From: a virus
Length of the DNA: 64,000 nucleotides
Direction: 5' to 3' (one strand)
Virus record (IMG/VR): IMGVR_UViG_3300021475_000001
Span: 47,040-111,039 of that record
Shown: positions 19,873-28,747 of the stretch, piece by piece
How positions within the stretch are numbered: position 1 is the first letter of the stretch
Layout of the letters: the number at the start of each line of letters is the position of its first letter
Translations under genes and position numbers: made by a program
The notes under the pieces: generated by a model
Seen by the model: the letters and a program-made list of their open reading frames with translations, nothing else
The model's database searches: none
Told to the model about the DNA's origin: nothing

Positions 19873-20077
19873 AACCATGCGAGCGGAGAGTGTACCATTA
19901 AGTAGGAGTGAACCAAGTCGTAAGAGAGTGCCACGGGACGAGAGTGAACCACGTGTGGGAAGAGGACCAATCACCGCGAGTTAACCATCTCAAATGAGAG
20001 TACCACGGGGGCTGAGTGAACCATCTAAGTAGAGAGTACCAAGACGAAAGCGTGAACCACCTAAGTTGAGAGTACTT
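19871..20077 (+). repeat. Dual-repeat array 2, ~5.5 units
   Basis: 11 spacers of 8 nt (TGCGAGCG ... CCTAAGTT) between GAGAGTACCA-type and GAGTGAACCA-type repeats. Confidence 0.92.
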
Positions 20078-20096
20078 CCAACGAGGACGCCAAGCA

Positions 20097-20351
20097 ATGA
20101 CCAAGACATGTCACCGCGGTCATACGCTGACACTTGAGAATACTTACTACCGGAGCGACAATTATTGGGGGTGTCGAGAATGTCGCAAGCTTCGCAAAAG
20201 CCGATACATAGCTAAAGACCCAGCATCGCATAATCGACGCTCAGTAGAAGGTATGCGACGCCTCCGAAAAAAACACCGCGAGAGAATGTCCCTTATTCGA
20301 GGGCAGGCAGTACCAGACTTTAGTGTAGGATCGTTGAAGATAAAGGACTAA
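20097..20351 (+). CDS. Small zinc-binding protein resembling the C-terminal domain of phage HNH endonucleases
   Basis: KTCHRGHTLTLENTY...GCRECR; no HNH core visible. Confidence 0.6.
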   Translation: MTKTCHRGHTLTLENTYYRSDNYWGCRECRKLRKSRYIAKDPASHNRRSVEGMRRLRKKHRERMSLIRGQAVPDFSVGSLKIKD

Positions 20352-20365
20352 AGGAAAACCATCCA

Positions 20366-20719
20366 ATGCCACACAATAGCAAGCCACAGCCATCACAGAT
20401 TACCGAACGCCCGGCTGCGCCAGTGACCAACGAGGACACCAGCGTTGCGAGCGTGGTCGGTACACAGGAAGAGCAGGAGCCAGACGGTCCCGAGCACATT
20501 TGGCTTCAGCCAGATTGTTGTGCCGATCCGGGTACGGGGCGCCTTTGGTGTCAGGACAACGTATTTGATTGCGATGAAGGTATGCCGGCGACGGAATATA
20601 TCCGCGTTGATATCGCCGCCCGCAGGGTCGCCGAGGAACGCGACCGGTGTGCGGCAATACTTAGTCATGCTGGTTTGCCGGAACTCGCTATTGCCATCCG
20701 CAACAATCTTTTGGAATGA
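20366..20719 (+). CDS. Hypothetical protein
   Basis: PEHIWLQP..GRLWCQD..EYIRVD phage pattern; AAGGA RBS. Confidence 0.6.
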   Translation: MPHNSKPQPSQITERPAAPVTNEDTSVASVVGTQEEQEPDGPEHIWLQPDCCADPGTGRLWCQDNVFDCDEGMPATEYIRVDIAARRVAEERDRCAAILSHAGLPELAIAIRNNLLE

Positions 20720-21090
20720 CGGAGGTTCTGATGACCCCGCGCGAGAGGGCAGCCGAAGAGATCGTAGAAGCGATCCTCAAATGTGGAATGTGCCCGAATA
20801 TTATTCCGAAGAATGCTGACTGCGATTATCCGGAATGCCGTGACAGTCTGTGCGAATTCTGGCAGCGCGCGGATGCAATCAAAGAACAGGTCGGCGGCGT
20901 ACTCACCGAGCACGTCCGCGCGCTACTGGCGGAAGATGAGGCGACGATTGAGGCAATGGAACGAGCGTATTGTTGGCAAAAAGGTTGCCAATTGCTTTTA
21001 TGCAATCAGTGCGGGAAATGCTCTGTGCATAAAGAACTGTTTAAGATGCGCGCTGCTCTCGCCGTCCTCCGCAGAAAGGCCCTTGGTTAG
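20716..21090 (+). CDS. Cys-rich hypothetical protein
   Basis: ATGA overlap; stop codon overlaps the first repeat of array 3. Confidence 0.55.
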   Translation: MTEVLMTPRERAAEEIVEAILKCGMCPNIIPKNADCDYPECRDSLCEFWQRADAIKEQVGGVLTEHVRALLAEDEATIEAMERAYCWQKGCQLLLCNQCGKCSVHKELFKMRAALAVLRRKALG

Positions 21091-21690
21091 AGTACCAATA
21101 TCCAAGCGTAAACCACGTGTGTAGAGAGTACCATAATAAGAGAGTGAACCATAACAAGTGAGTGTACCAATTGATGAGAGTAAACCACGCGATCGGTGCC
21201 ATAACTGGCCATGATCCCCGAGTGAACCAAAGGATGGGAGAGTACCACCAGACGCAAGTGATAACCACATCACTGGAGAAGTACCAAAGGTGGAGAGTGA
21301 ACCGTGGATGTAGAGAGTGCCACACAGATGGAGTGAACCAAAAACGTGGAGAGTACCACAACTGAAGAGTGACAAACGGCAAGTGTAGTACCAGTGAACC
21401 AAGTAACCAGAGCAGTACCATATACGTAGAGTGACCCATTCATGCCGAGTAGTACCCTGTTACGAGAGGGAACCACGTCCATAGAGAGTACCATGTCGCG
21501 TGAGTAAACCAGACAAACAGAGTAGTACCATGTTCCGAGCGTGAACCATGAGAATGGAGAGTACCATAGGCGCTGAGTGATCCAGAGAACCAGAGTAAGT
21601 ACCAGATCCAGGGAGTGATCCAGAGAACCAGAGTAAGTACCAAGTACCGGGAGTGATCCAGAGAAGCTGAGTGAACCACAAGGTCAGAGA
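21088..21690 (+). repeat. Dual-repeat array 3 (largest), ~16 units / ~32 spacers
   Basis: Continuous alternation of GAGAGTACCA-type and GAGTGAACCA-type repeats with 8-nt spacers; includes a deletion and a duplication. Confidence 0.95.
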
Positions 21691-22019
21691 CACGGGAACA
21701 ATATCACTGCCTCGGCCCCAACCAGTTTGTGTAGGAGCCGGGGTAGTGAACGTGAACGACACTGAAGCATACGGGAACTAGTACACCAGTGTCGGTCACC
21801 CCCGTAGTACATCCACATGAGGTGGACTACCCAGTACCCGTTCTCCCAGCGGACACCGTAGTTACTCATGATGTTTATCGTCCCCTATCTCGGAAGGATA
21901 ATCTTTATCCTCTATCTGGCGTTTGCTCTATTTCTGATTCTACACCCGATACAGGTTTGGTTGTGGTTGTGGGGTTAGTTCACCAGCGGAAACGATAGAG
22001 CTTGTTCGCTCGCATGAGA

Positions 22020-22615
22020 ACAGAGTCCTGGCAAACACGTAGTGTTACTGACACTCGACACTAAACATTCGGTTTGGGGCGATGGAAAAACCGGTGGGCA
22101 CTGGAAAACACCTTGTTTCACGTAGTAGTTGGCCGCGTACCGCGGCCAACTGTTGCATGAATTCAGAGTGTGTCGCTTCGCGACACTCTCTTCATTCACG
22201 CAACTAAAGTTAAACGATTGGTGCATGAACTGCACCACGTTTGTTACGGCCGTGCCTGTACCGACACGTCGCGCGTGCGCGCGAGGCGTTCGGGGCTTTG
22301 GTGCGGACTTCCGCACTATTCCAGTCGCCTATTCTAAGCCGAAGCTCGTTCCGACGCTGGACTTCACACTTCACCGGGAGTTCAGCCTGTCAACGCGCAT
22401 ACCCGCGGTGGTCAAAGCAAAGTGGTGAGGCTAGTGAGATATGGCCTCTATGTCTGCGACGCTTGACTTGACTGTTTCAGTCGAGTATTTTGCGTCTCAG
22501 AACGATGGCCCTCGCAAAGTGACATCGTTCTTCCAGAACGGGGCGTTAAGCCTGTCAACCGTTCTCTTAAACACCCGGTTCCGAAAGGTTCCGGGTGTTT
22601 TTGAGAGTGCGACAC
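22020..22615 (+). ncRNA. Candidate large structured non-coding RNA
   Basis: At least 8 adjacent hairpins, G-U pairs on the plus strand, CC-GAAA-GG tetraloop, no credible ORF; boundaries approximate. Confidence 0.5.
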
Positions 22616-22846
22616 AGTGCGCAGTCTCGTCAAGCAGAAAATCGCATCGATAGTCATTGACTAGCCACGAAGGTCATTGACACCGCAGATTACTTGTGAT
22701 TTACTCGCTTTTGACGTGACTGGGACCGAGGCAAAACCCCCCAGGTTGACCCCCTGCTGAAGTCTCAACCCATGTCTTTATCCCCACATAAACTTGGCCC
22801 GAAGGATGAGAAGCCCCTTTCGGGCCATTTCTTTTGGTGTCACTAC

Positions 22847-23068
22847 ATGAGTACATCTCACGTCATTTGGTTGGGTCTTATTGCTGGTTCTGGATTGGCG
22901 TTTTTTCTTGTTCTTTCGCATTCTGATACCGTTGCACATAGAAAGTGTGATAAGATCGTCCACGAGTTGTTAACCAGTAAGGATCAAACCGAAGTGATCC
23001 GTGCTGGTATACTGACGATCCAACTTAATTGCGGTATCACTAGTCGTATGGGAGCAGAGTATGAGTGA
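22847..23068 (+). CDS. Small membrane protein
   Basis: MSTSHVIWLGLIAGSGLAFFLVL hydrophobic N-terminus. Confidence 0.5.
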   Translation: MSTSHVIWLGLIAGSGLAFFLVLSHSDTVAHRKCDKIVHELLTSKDQTEVIRAGILTIQLNCGITSRMGAEYE

Positions 23069-24038
23069 CCAGCGTCTTCCGGGACATGAGCTAGACAAGC
23101 CACGTCCCGATGCACGTTCCGCGCGTCCTGATCGCGTTTATCCTGGTGATCCGAAGTATCGACCACTGCCGCAACCACGATCCGTGCGCAGTGACCCACC
23201 ACAACCAATGACACTGACACCTGATTGGCGAAACGTATTCAACGACCACTTTTTCAATTCCAATGTCGATATGGAGAAGTGGTGGACACGCTACGTCTAC
23301 AATAACGGGACGCTTGATTATCTCAATGATGAGTGGGAGCGTTATCGCGAGTCAGGCAATCACGTGCTAGACAGTAGTCTGTGTCACTTGGTGACACAGA
23401 AGCACAATGGTGAATTTTGGCCCAGTGGGATGCTGCGCAGCAAGGACTGCTACAACATCGGCAATGGTGACGAATGGTATTTTGAAAGCCGCATGAAGGT
23501 ACCCGAATTTCTTGGTAGCTGGTCAGCGTTCTGGATTGCTGGTAGTGAACGAAACCCTGGTGACGATCAGAGTGTTCCCTGGCCTCCTGAGATTGACCAG
23601 TGTGAAATTGTCAACAATGGTAAAGACGATACGACACATATGCTGCACTGTTGCGGGCAAGTCTTAGATTGGAACGCTAACCCACAACAATATGCCGGTA
23701 CATGGGCGGCTGACGGCTTTAACTGGGACTACATGTATTACTGGAGTGACGCCGACCTGTCAAAAGGCTTTCATACCTATGGGTTGTGGTATAAGAAGCC
23801 GGAGTTTGTGGTCTATCTGGACCGTAAGCCGATACTTGCTGCCAACTACGATTGGGTAGCAGATGACAGACAGCCGATGAATTGCTATCTGTTTGCCAAT
23901 CTCGCTGTTGGTGGTCAGTGGGCCGGACGTTACGGGGTTGACGATGCGGCACTGCCGCAAAGTCTTGATATCGACTACATTCGCGTGTATCAACGCGTGC
24001 GACAGAGTACAATCGGCCACAATCTACTGCCGGTGTGA
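23061..24038 (+). CDS. Glycoside hydrolase family 16 protein
   Basis: SGMLRS, YFESRMKVP..GSWSAFW, catalytic WPPEIDQCE, FHTYGLW, NLAVGGQW, IDYIRVYQ. Confidence 0.85.
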   Translation: MSDQRLPGHELDKPRPDARSARPDRVYPGDPKYRPLPQPRSVRSDPPQPMTLTPDWRNVFNDHFFNSNVDMEKWWTRYVYNNGTLDYLNDEWERYRESGNHVLDSSLCHLVTQKHNGEFWPSGMLRSKDCYNIGNGDEWYFESRMKVPEFLGSWSAFWIAGSERNPGDDQSVPWPPEIDQCEIVNNGKDDTTHMLHCCGQVLDWNANPQQYAGTWAADGFNWDYMYYWSDADLSKGFHTYGLWYKKPEFVVYLDRKPILAANYDWVADDRQPMNCYLFANLAVGGQWAGRYGVDDAALPQSLDIDYIRVYQRVRQSTIGHNLLPV

Positions 24039-25321
24039 TGCCCGAAACATTCATTCTGGTTGGTGACGCTGGCACTCGTCTAAAGGATTTAGACGATAAC
24101 ACGTTTAATGTCTGTGTCACGTCACCACCCTATTACGGCTTACGTGACTACGGTACTTCTGGTGACTGGACAGGTGGTAGTGATCCCAATTGCCAGCATG
24201 TACGCAATCAACACGCCAAGCAACCACAAGGTATACAGGGTCGCATCTCGCATGAAGACGCGCTGCGCGAAGCGCAGCGTCTCGGTGCGACACCCCCACC
24301 GGAGTTACACAATCGCTACCCGACCGCCGGTCGACCAATTGGTGACGGTCGCTTTGTCTGTGAGTTGTGTGGTGCCGAGAAGATCGATCATCAAATCGGA
24401 CTGGAAGTTACACCAGATGAGTATATTGAACGAATGGTGGAAATTTGTCGTGAAGTGATGCGGGTACTGCGTCCTGATGGTGTGTTCTTTCTTAATATTG
24501 GTGACAGTTACGCCAGTCGTCCTGCTGGTAATATAACACCATCTGGGCTTATTCAAAACCAACCGAAACGATTGTCGGGTAGAGAAATTGCCTACCCGTA
24601 TAATTATAAATCATTTGGTGACATAAAGCCCAAGAACCTGTTGATGATGCCATCACGTGTCGCCATTGCGTTGCAAGCTGAGGGTTGGTACTTACGCTCG
24701 GAAATCATCTGGGCCAAGACCAGTGCCATGCCGGAACGTGTCGAGGATCGACCGACAGTTGCTCACGAAAAGATTTTCTTATTGACCAAGAGTCCCAACT
24801 ACTTTTTTGATGGCTACGCTGTCGAGGACTACTCGGTATCGACATCTGGTGCGGGTAATGGTTATGAACGTCCGCAAAGACAGCACAAGTCTTCTGGTAA
24901 TTCTGAACATTGGTCTGATATTGGTGGTTTTCGTAATATGCGTTCTGTATGGTGGTTAGGGCCGGAAGTGTCACCTGACTTTCACTTTGCCACTTTCCCG
25001 ACTGAAGTGCCGAGACGCGCTATACTTTCGGGTCTAGGACGTGCGGGTGTTTGTGCCAAATGTGGCACACCATGGCGAAGTGTTAAAGGCAAAAACTGGG
25101 CACCGACTTGTTCATGCGGTAGTGCTAAACCAGTTGGCGGTATGGTGCTTGATCCCTTTCTTGGTTCTGGTACTACTGCGATGGTGGCTAACTCACTGGG
25201 TCATGATTGTGTCGGTATCGAGTTAAGTCCTGACAATGCGCTACAAGCGCGACAGCGCATTCTTGGTGATGGACGCTTACATAATCAGGTGACACTCAAC
25301 GATCTGGAGATGAGACTATGA
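24035..25321 (+). CDS. N4-C/N6-A DNA methyltransferase with Cys-rich insertions
   Basis: VTSPPYYGLRDYG, FLNIGDSY, HFATFP, VLDPFLGSGTT. Confidence 0.9.
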   Translation: MMPETFILVGDAGTRLKDLDDNTFNVCVTSPPYYGLRDYGTSGDWTGGSDPNCQHVRNQHAKQPQGIQGRISHEDALREAQRLGATPPPELHNRYPTAGRPIGDGRFVCELCGAEKIDHQIGLEVTPDEYIERMVEICREVMRVLRPDGVFFLNIGDSYASRPAGNITPSGLIQNQPKRLSGREIAYPYNYKSFGDIKPKNLLMMPSRVAIALQAEGWYLRSEIIWAKTSAMPERVEDRPTVAHEKIFLLTKSPNYFFDGYAVEDYSVSTSGAGNGYERPQRQHKSSGNSEHWSDIGGFRNMRSVWWLGPEVSPDFHFATFPTEVPRRAILSGLGRAGVCAKCGTPWRSVKGKNWAPTCSCGSAKPVGGMVLDPFLGSGTTAMVANSLGHDCVGIELSPDNALQARQRILGDGRLHNQVTLNDLEMRL

Positions 25322-25563
25322 CTGATCTACCACGCTACAAGTCACACAAGATTGTCGAAGCCGCACCAATCACTTCGATCAGTCGTAATCCAGCCTGGGT
25401 GGAAGTCAAGGTTGGTATGCAATACAGTACCTTTGAAGTTCCACCAGACTTCTTCAGTCGTGGTTTGCCAAGTCAGGATGACTATTTTGTGCGTTACGAA
25501 GACGGTTATCTGTCGTGGTCACCAAAGAAGGCTTTCGAAGAAGGCTACATTCGGGTGATGTGA
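25318..25563 (+). CDS. Conserved phage hypothetical protein
   Basis: YKSHKIVEAA...YFVRYEDGYLSWSPKKAFEEGY. Confidence 0.7.
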   Translation: MTDLPRYKSHKIVEAAPITSISRNPAWVEVKVGMQYSTFEVPPDFFSRGLPSQDDYFVRYEDGYLSWSPKKAFEEGYIRVM

Positions 25564-25994
25564 CATGTGCGCGTTTTGCTATGGGATGCGCTCGGCGCTG
25601 TGGCGGATGGTACGACAGGGCCGATACCCGTATTCTAGACCGGAGAAACAACCAACACCAGTGTCACCTACCAAGAACAAATCCACCACGATACAGTCGC
25701 AACAGCGACACGTGACTTTTACAAAGCAGCAATAAAAAAGCCACGGTTTTGTGCTTGATTTTCTGATATCGGTCCGCTACATAACGCGCCGGTGCGCGTT
25801 TTACATGTAGTGAAATCTTGACTAGTCGATGAAAATCGACTTCGAGGTGAGACAAGCCCTCGCTGAGAATGCGCAGAAAGTACCAAAGAGGGTGGAAATC
25901 GGCTCAGCCGCCAAGGCCAAGTCTGCCCGACATTACAGGGCTTTGGCCCCGACTGGGGTCGGTACAGCGGTCACGTTCTCCACCCTCTTTTTAC

Positions 25995-26070
25995 TTTGAC
26001 ACTCTCCGGGTATGGCACTCTCTGGGCGGATGGTTCACTTCCGGTCTTTGGTACTCTCTTGCTTCATGGT
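25995..26070 (-). repeat. Dual-repeat array 4, 2 units, minus strand
   Basis: Reverse complement: ACCA-TGAAGCAA-GAGAGTACCA-AAGACCGG-AAGTGAACCA-TCCGCCCA-GAGAGTGCCA-TACCCGGA-GAGTG. Confidence 0.85.
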
Positions 26071-26211
26071 CTTTTCTTGGTGTCGGAGGAGCGTGCTTTC
26101 CTTTAGATTGAATGCCTTGCACATTACCGATAACGGGATGTCATAGGCATCGTTAAAATGGATGATAAGTGTCACTTTCTCTTGTAGACTTAGTTGGCGC
26201 TGGGACATCAT
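26035..26211 (-). CDS. Small HTH-like protein
   Basis: MMSQRQLSLQEKV...IPLSVMCKAFNLKESTL; stop lies inside array 4. Confidence 0.45.
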   Translation of the reverse strand: MMSQRQLSLQEKVTLIIHFNDAYDIPLSVMCKAFNLKESTLLRHQEKTMKQESTKDRK

Positions 26212-26435
26212 GGCCTCTGACTTATTGCTTTGCAGCGTACATAATGGTGATAGGCGTCCTGGTGTATTTGACGATTTTGCGCGTCGGCAGCAAGACCTTC
26301 TACAATGATTGCCATGAGACAACCCGTGGTAAATGCCAGTTGTGGTGATATGTCACTGGGTTCTAAGATCGGGTAAATGGGCTTCAGTTTGTCTAAGCAC
26401 TCGTTGAGTATTGTCCTTACTTCTTCGTTGGTCAC
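26208..26435 (-). CDS. Hypothetical protein
   Basis: GGGAG RBS, coupled ORF. Confidence 0.55.
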   Translation of the reverse strand: MTNEEVRTILNECLDKLKPIYPILEPSDISPQLAFTTGCLMAIIVEGLAADAQNRQIHQDAYHHYVRCKAISQRP

Positions 26436-27530
26436 CTAATTTCTCCCTTTGACGTTGGTTTGACGATGAATGGTTTCACCACTGCCGCGCATAAATGGTG
26501 CGACAATCCAATGTTTGTCACCGCGCCGGTTCAGATAGCTTGATACCATGTGAACACGTGGTGACTTGCGTGTGTAGCCGAGTGGCATTCCACGTTTATG
26601 CTCACGTTCTACCGGGTCCAGATACAAGGTCACCAGTGTATGATCCAGCCGTGGTATCTTGCGTTGCTTGACACGTTGCTTGTTGAGACGTGTCATAGAG
26701 ACTGGTGTATAATCGACTATCTTACGACTGGAAGTAAGCAGTAGCAGACACGCCCACATTTGAATATATTCGCCGTAAACATCGGACATGGCATTAGCAA
26801 GACCTTCTTCGCCTTGTCTCTTGAGCAGGTGAATTAGATGCTCTACGGCCCAATCACCTTCCGGCTTGTGTTCTGCCGTTCGCCAGATTTCGAGATAGGC
26901 TTGTTGCTGTACTGGATTGTTTATCCATTGTTTAGCTACATTGCCTTCAAGAACACCAGTTTCGCGATAAGGGGATTGTTTGAACCGACTATCCAGATCG
27001 AAGAACGGTGCAAAGGCACCAATGTTGGGTGTCGGATCGTGTAGTGCCGACCAAACCCAAATGGCTTGACCTTTACGCCCGTTGCTGTCGCATTCCAGAA
27101 GAAAGCCGACACGATCTGGTAGTGGACGATCTGCCCCAATGTAACCTTCGAAACGTCGTCGTAGTTCTTCACGTCCAGTTTCGTCCCATTCCACCCAAAG
27201 CTTGGTGTAGGGAATGCGACAGTTCAGCATGGCTTCAAGCATAACCTTAGGTCGACCAAGCGTCAATTCTACTGCCGTGTTGATTGCATTTTTGTCAAAC
27301 AGAAAGCGTGGTGTTCCGACAAGACGATCTGTCAGTTCGCTGTAGATGCTTAGCGCTTTTGGCGGCAGCCAATTTGACGCGCGTGTCTCGGTTTTGCTTT
27401 TTATGTTTCTTGCCATCTCGGCAAGTCCATCCATGAGATACACGGAGTTATTCCTTAGTGACAGACAATGGCGACTATGATTAAAATGAAAATTATCCAG
27501 CCGATACAGCCGAGCACACGTCCTACCCAT
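26436..27530 (-). CDS. Conserved phage hypothetical protein (true start probably ~27434)
   Basis: C-terminal KSPRVHMVSSYL...HWIVAPFMRG motif; AAGGA RBS before MDGLAEM. Confidence 0.65.
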   Translation of the reverse strand: MGRTCARLYRLDNFHFNHSRHCLSLRNNSVYLMDGLAEMARNIKSKTETRASNWLPPKALSIYSELTDRLVGTPRFLFDKNAINTAVELTLGRPKVMLEAMLNCRIPYTKLWVEWDETGREELRRRFEGYIGADRPLPDRVGFLLECDSNGRKGQAIWVWSALHDPTPNIGAFAPFFDLDSRFKQSPYRETGVLEGNVAKQWINNPVQQQAYLEIWRTAEHKPEGDWAVEHLIHLLKRQGEEGLANAMSDVYGEYIQMWACLLLLTSSRKIVDYTPVSMTRLNKQRVKQRKIPRLDHTLVTLYLDPVEREHKRGMPLGYTRKSPRVHMVSSYLNRRGDKHWIVAPFMRGSGETIHRQTNVKGRN

Positions 27531-27612
27531 GGCACCAGATGTAGTACCAGGATAAACAGTAGCAGTGCGATTAAAACGTGCATTGGAACCTGTGAGTTGA
27601 GTTATATTATAG

Positions 27613-27680
27613 TGTCACTGACAGTTGAATGTCAATGATATTGTACGACTTGACAATTACTGTTCGCAGTGTCATATAAA
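27613..27680 (+). promoter_or_regulatory. Divergent promoter/operator region
   Basis: TGTCACTGACA (27613), TGTCAATGATA (27630), TTGACA (27650) followed by CATATAAA. Confidence 0.6.
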
Positions 27681-27685
27681 CACCC

Positions 27686-27934
27686 ATGAATGACATAATC
27701 GAAGACATCAAGGATTACCGTTTAATGCTTGGCCTGTCCCAAGTGGATTTTGCCGAGCGTTTTGGTCTTCCTGTGCAAACTTACGTGCAGTGGGAACGCC
27801 GCCGCCGTGAACCCGAAATGTCGGCAAAGGTGTTGCTGTCACTGATCATCAATTCACCAGACGCGGTGATGAAGACTGTTCGTCGCAACACACGTCGCGA
27901 GATGGCGGGTGTCATGGCGGGCGCGTCCATCTAG
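27686..27934 (+). CDS. XRE-family HTH regulator (HigA/MqsA-like)
   Basis: LGLSQVDFAERFGLPVQTYVQWERRRREP..SAKVLL. Confidence 0.85.
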   Translation: MNDIIEDIKDYRLMLGLSQVDFAERFGLPVQTYVQWERRRREPEMSAKVLLSLIINSPDAVMKTVRRNTRREMAGVMAGASI

Positions 27935-28182
27935 AGAGTTGCGCGGCGCGCTTTTGGCGCACGTGTTTTCGCATCCTTGATGGATGCATCCAGCATATCC
28001 GCTGATTGTTCAAGCACCTCGGCAGCAAACTTCCACAAATCTGGATGATGACCGTGAAGCTCGGTGTATTCCAGAATTACACCGACACCATTCTCCGCGT
28101 TTTTTCGATAGTTGCGTGCCGTGATACGCATGATCATTGGCACGTCTTCGATGTTTAGCGCGGTGACCAGACCGAAACTCAT
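27931..28182 (-). CDS. Hypothetical protein
   Basis: AGGAG RBS, coupled ORF. Confidence 0.55.
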   Translation of the reverse strand: MSFGLVTALNIEDVPMIMRITARNYRKNAENGVGVILEYTELHGHHPDLWKFAAEVLEQSADMLDASIKDAKTRAPKARRATL

Positions 28183-28580
28183 TTCTCTCTCCTACTAAGA
28201 AGATTTTCGTACCGTTCTATAAGCCGCTTTCGTGTCGGATCGCGTAGGGATGGGAGTTTACGTTTGTGTAAACTGCCAAGTCCGGCGTGGTACATCGTGG
28301 CCCAGACTTCGCCGTAGGCTTCGTGACGATCATCGTCCAGTACGGCATCTTTGAAGTTTGGGTAGTCGATATCGAGAACGTTCTGGATCAGCGCCGCTGC
28401 CACTGTTGCCTTTGGTACACTGGCACGATAGAGATAGTCACGCGCTAGCGTGACGATCACTTTGGCATCTGGTATCAGCTTCTCAATGTCACCGTGAAAA
28501 CGCGACCGTACCAACAGATTGCCGGAATGAGTCTCGTCTTTCACGATGGAATAGAAGCCTTTTGTCGTATAAACCCACAT
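28179..28580 (-). CDS. Conserved phage hypothetical protein
   Basis: MWVYTTKGFYSIV...LLVRSR...DYLYRA...IDYPNFKD. Confidence 0.7.
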   Translation of the reverse strand: MWVYTTKGFYSIVKDETHSGNLLVRSRFHGDIEKLIPDAKVIVTLARDYLYRASVPKATVAAALIQNVLDIDYPNFKDAVLDDDRHEAYGEVWATMYHAGLGSLHKRKLPSLRDPTRKRLIERYENLLSRREK

Positions 28581-28747
28581 TTGGAATTCCTGTCTTTCTC
28601 TTGAGTTATTCCATAACTGTTTTTTAGTCCGTCGTACTTTATATCTCACTGAGCCTGGGAAGTCAAGTGGTTTACCACAAACTTTGCTGTTGACAAAATA
28701 CGTTCAATGACATTATATGCGCATCTAGTCAGAACGAGGACATTAAA

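Noticed and set aside
18607-20077. Replication iterons next to the helicase-like gene
   Set aside because: The same units recur at distant loci including terS-terL, follow transcription direction, and have an 18-nt half-period out of helical phase; not fully excluded.
21088-21690. CRISPR array
   Set aside because: Repeats are ~10 nt and of two alternating types, spacers are 8 nt, and no cas genes are present; this does not fit CRISPR geometry.
18597-21762. Minus-strand ORFs rich in WFT/WYS/MVL/GTL (e.g. 18811-19113, 20998-21402, 21041-21439, 21460-21762; also 38059-38346)
   Set aside because: They are translations of the reverse-complemented array repeats in several frames, not real genes.
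22020-22690. HEARO/omega-RNA, group I/II intron or tRNA cluster
   Set aside because: Only short GTCAAC and TTGACTAGCC resemblances; no IscB/TnpB/RT gene, no interrupted gene and no cloverleaf with T-loop consensus seen.
27686-27934. Toxin-antitoxin pair or lysogeny module around the XRE gene
   Set aside because: No adjacent toxin and no integrase in the window; lifestyle cannot be called.
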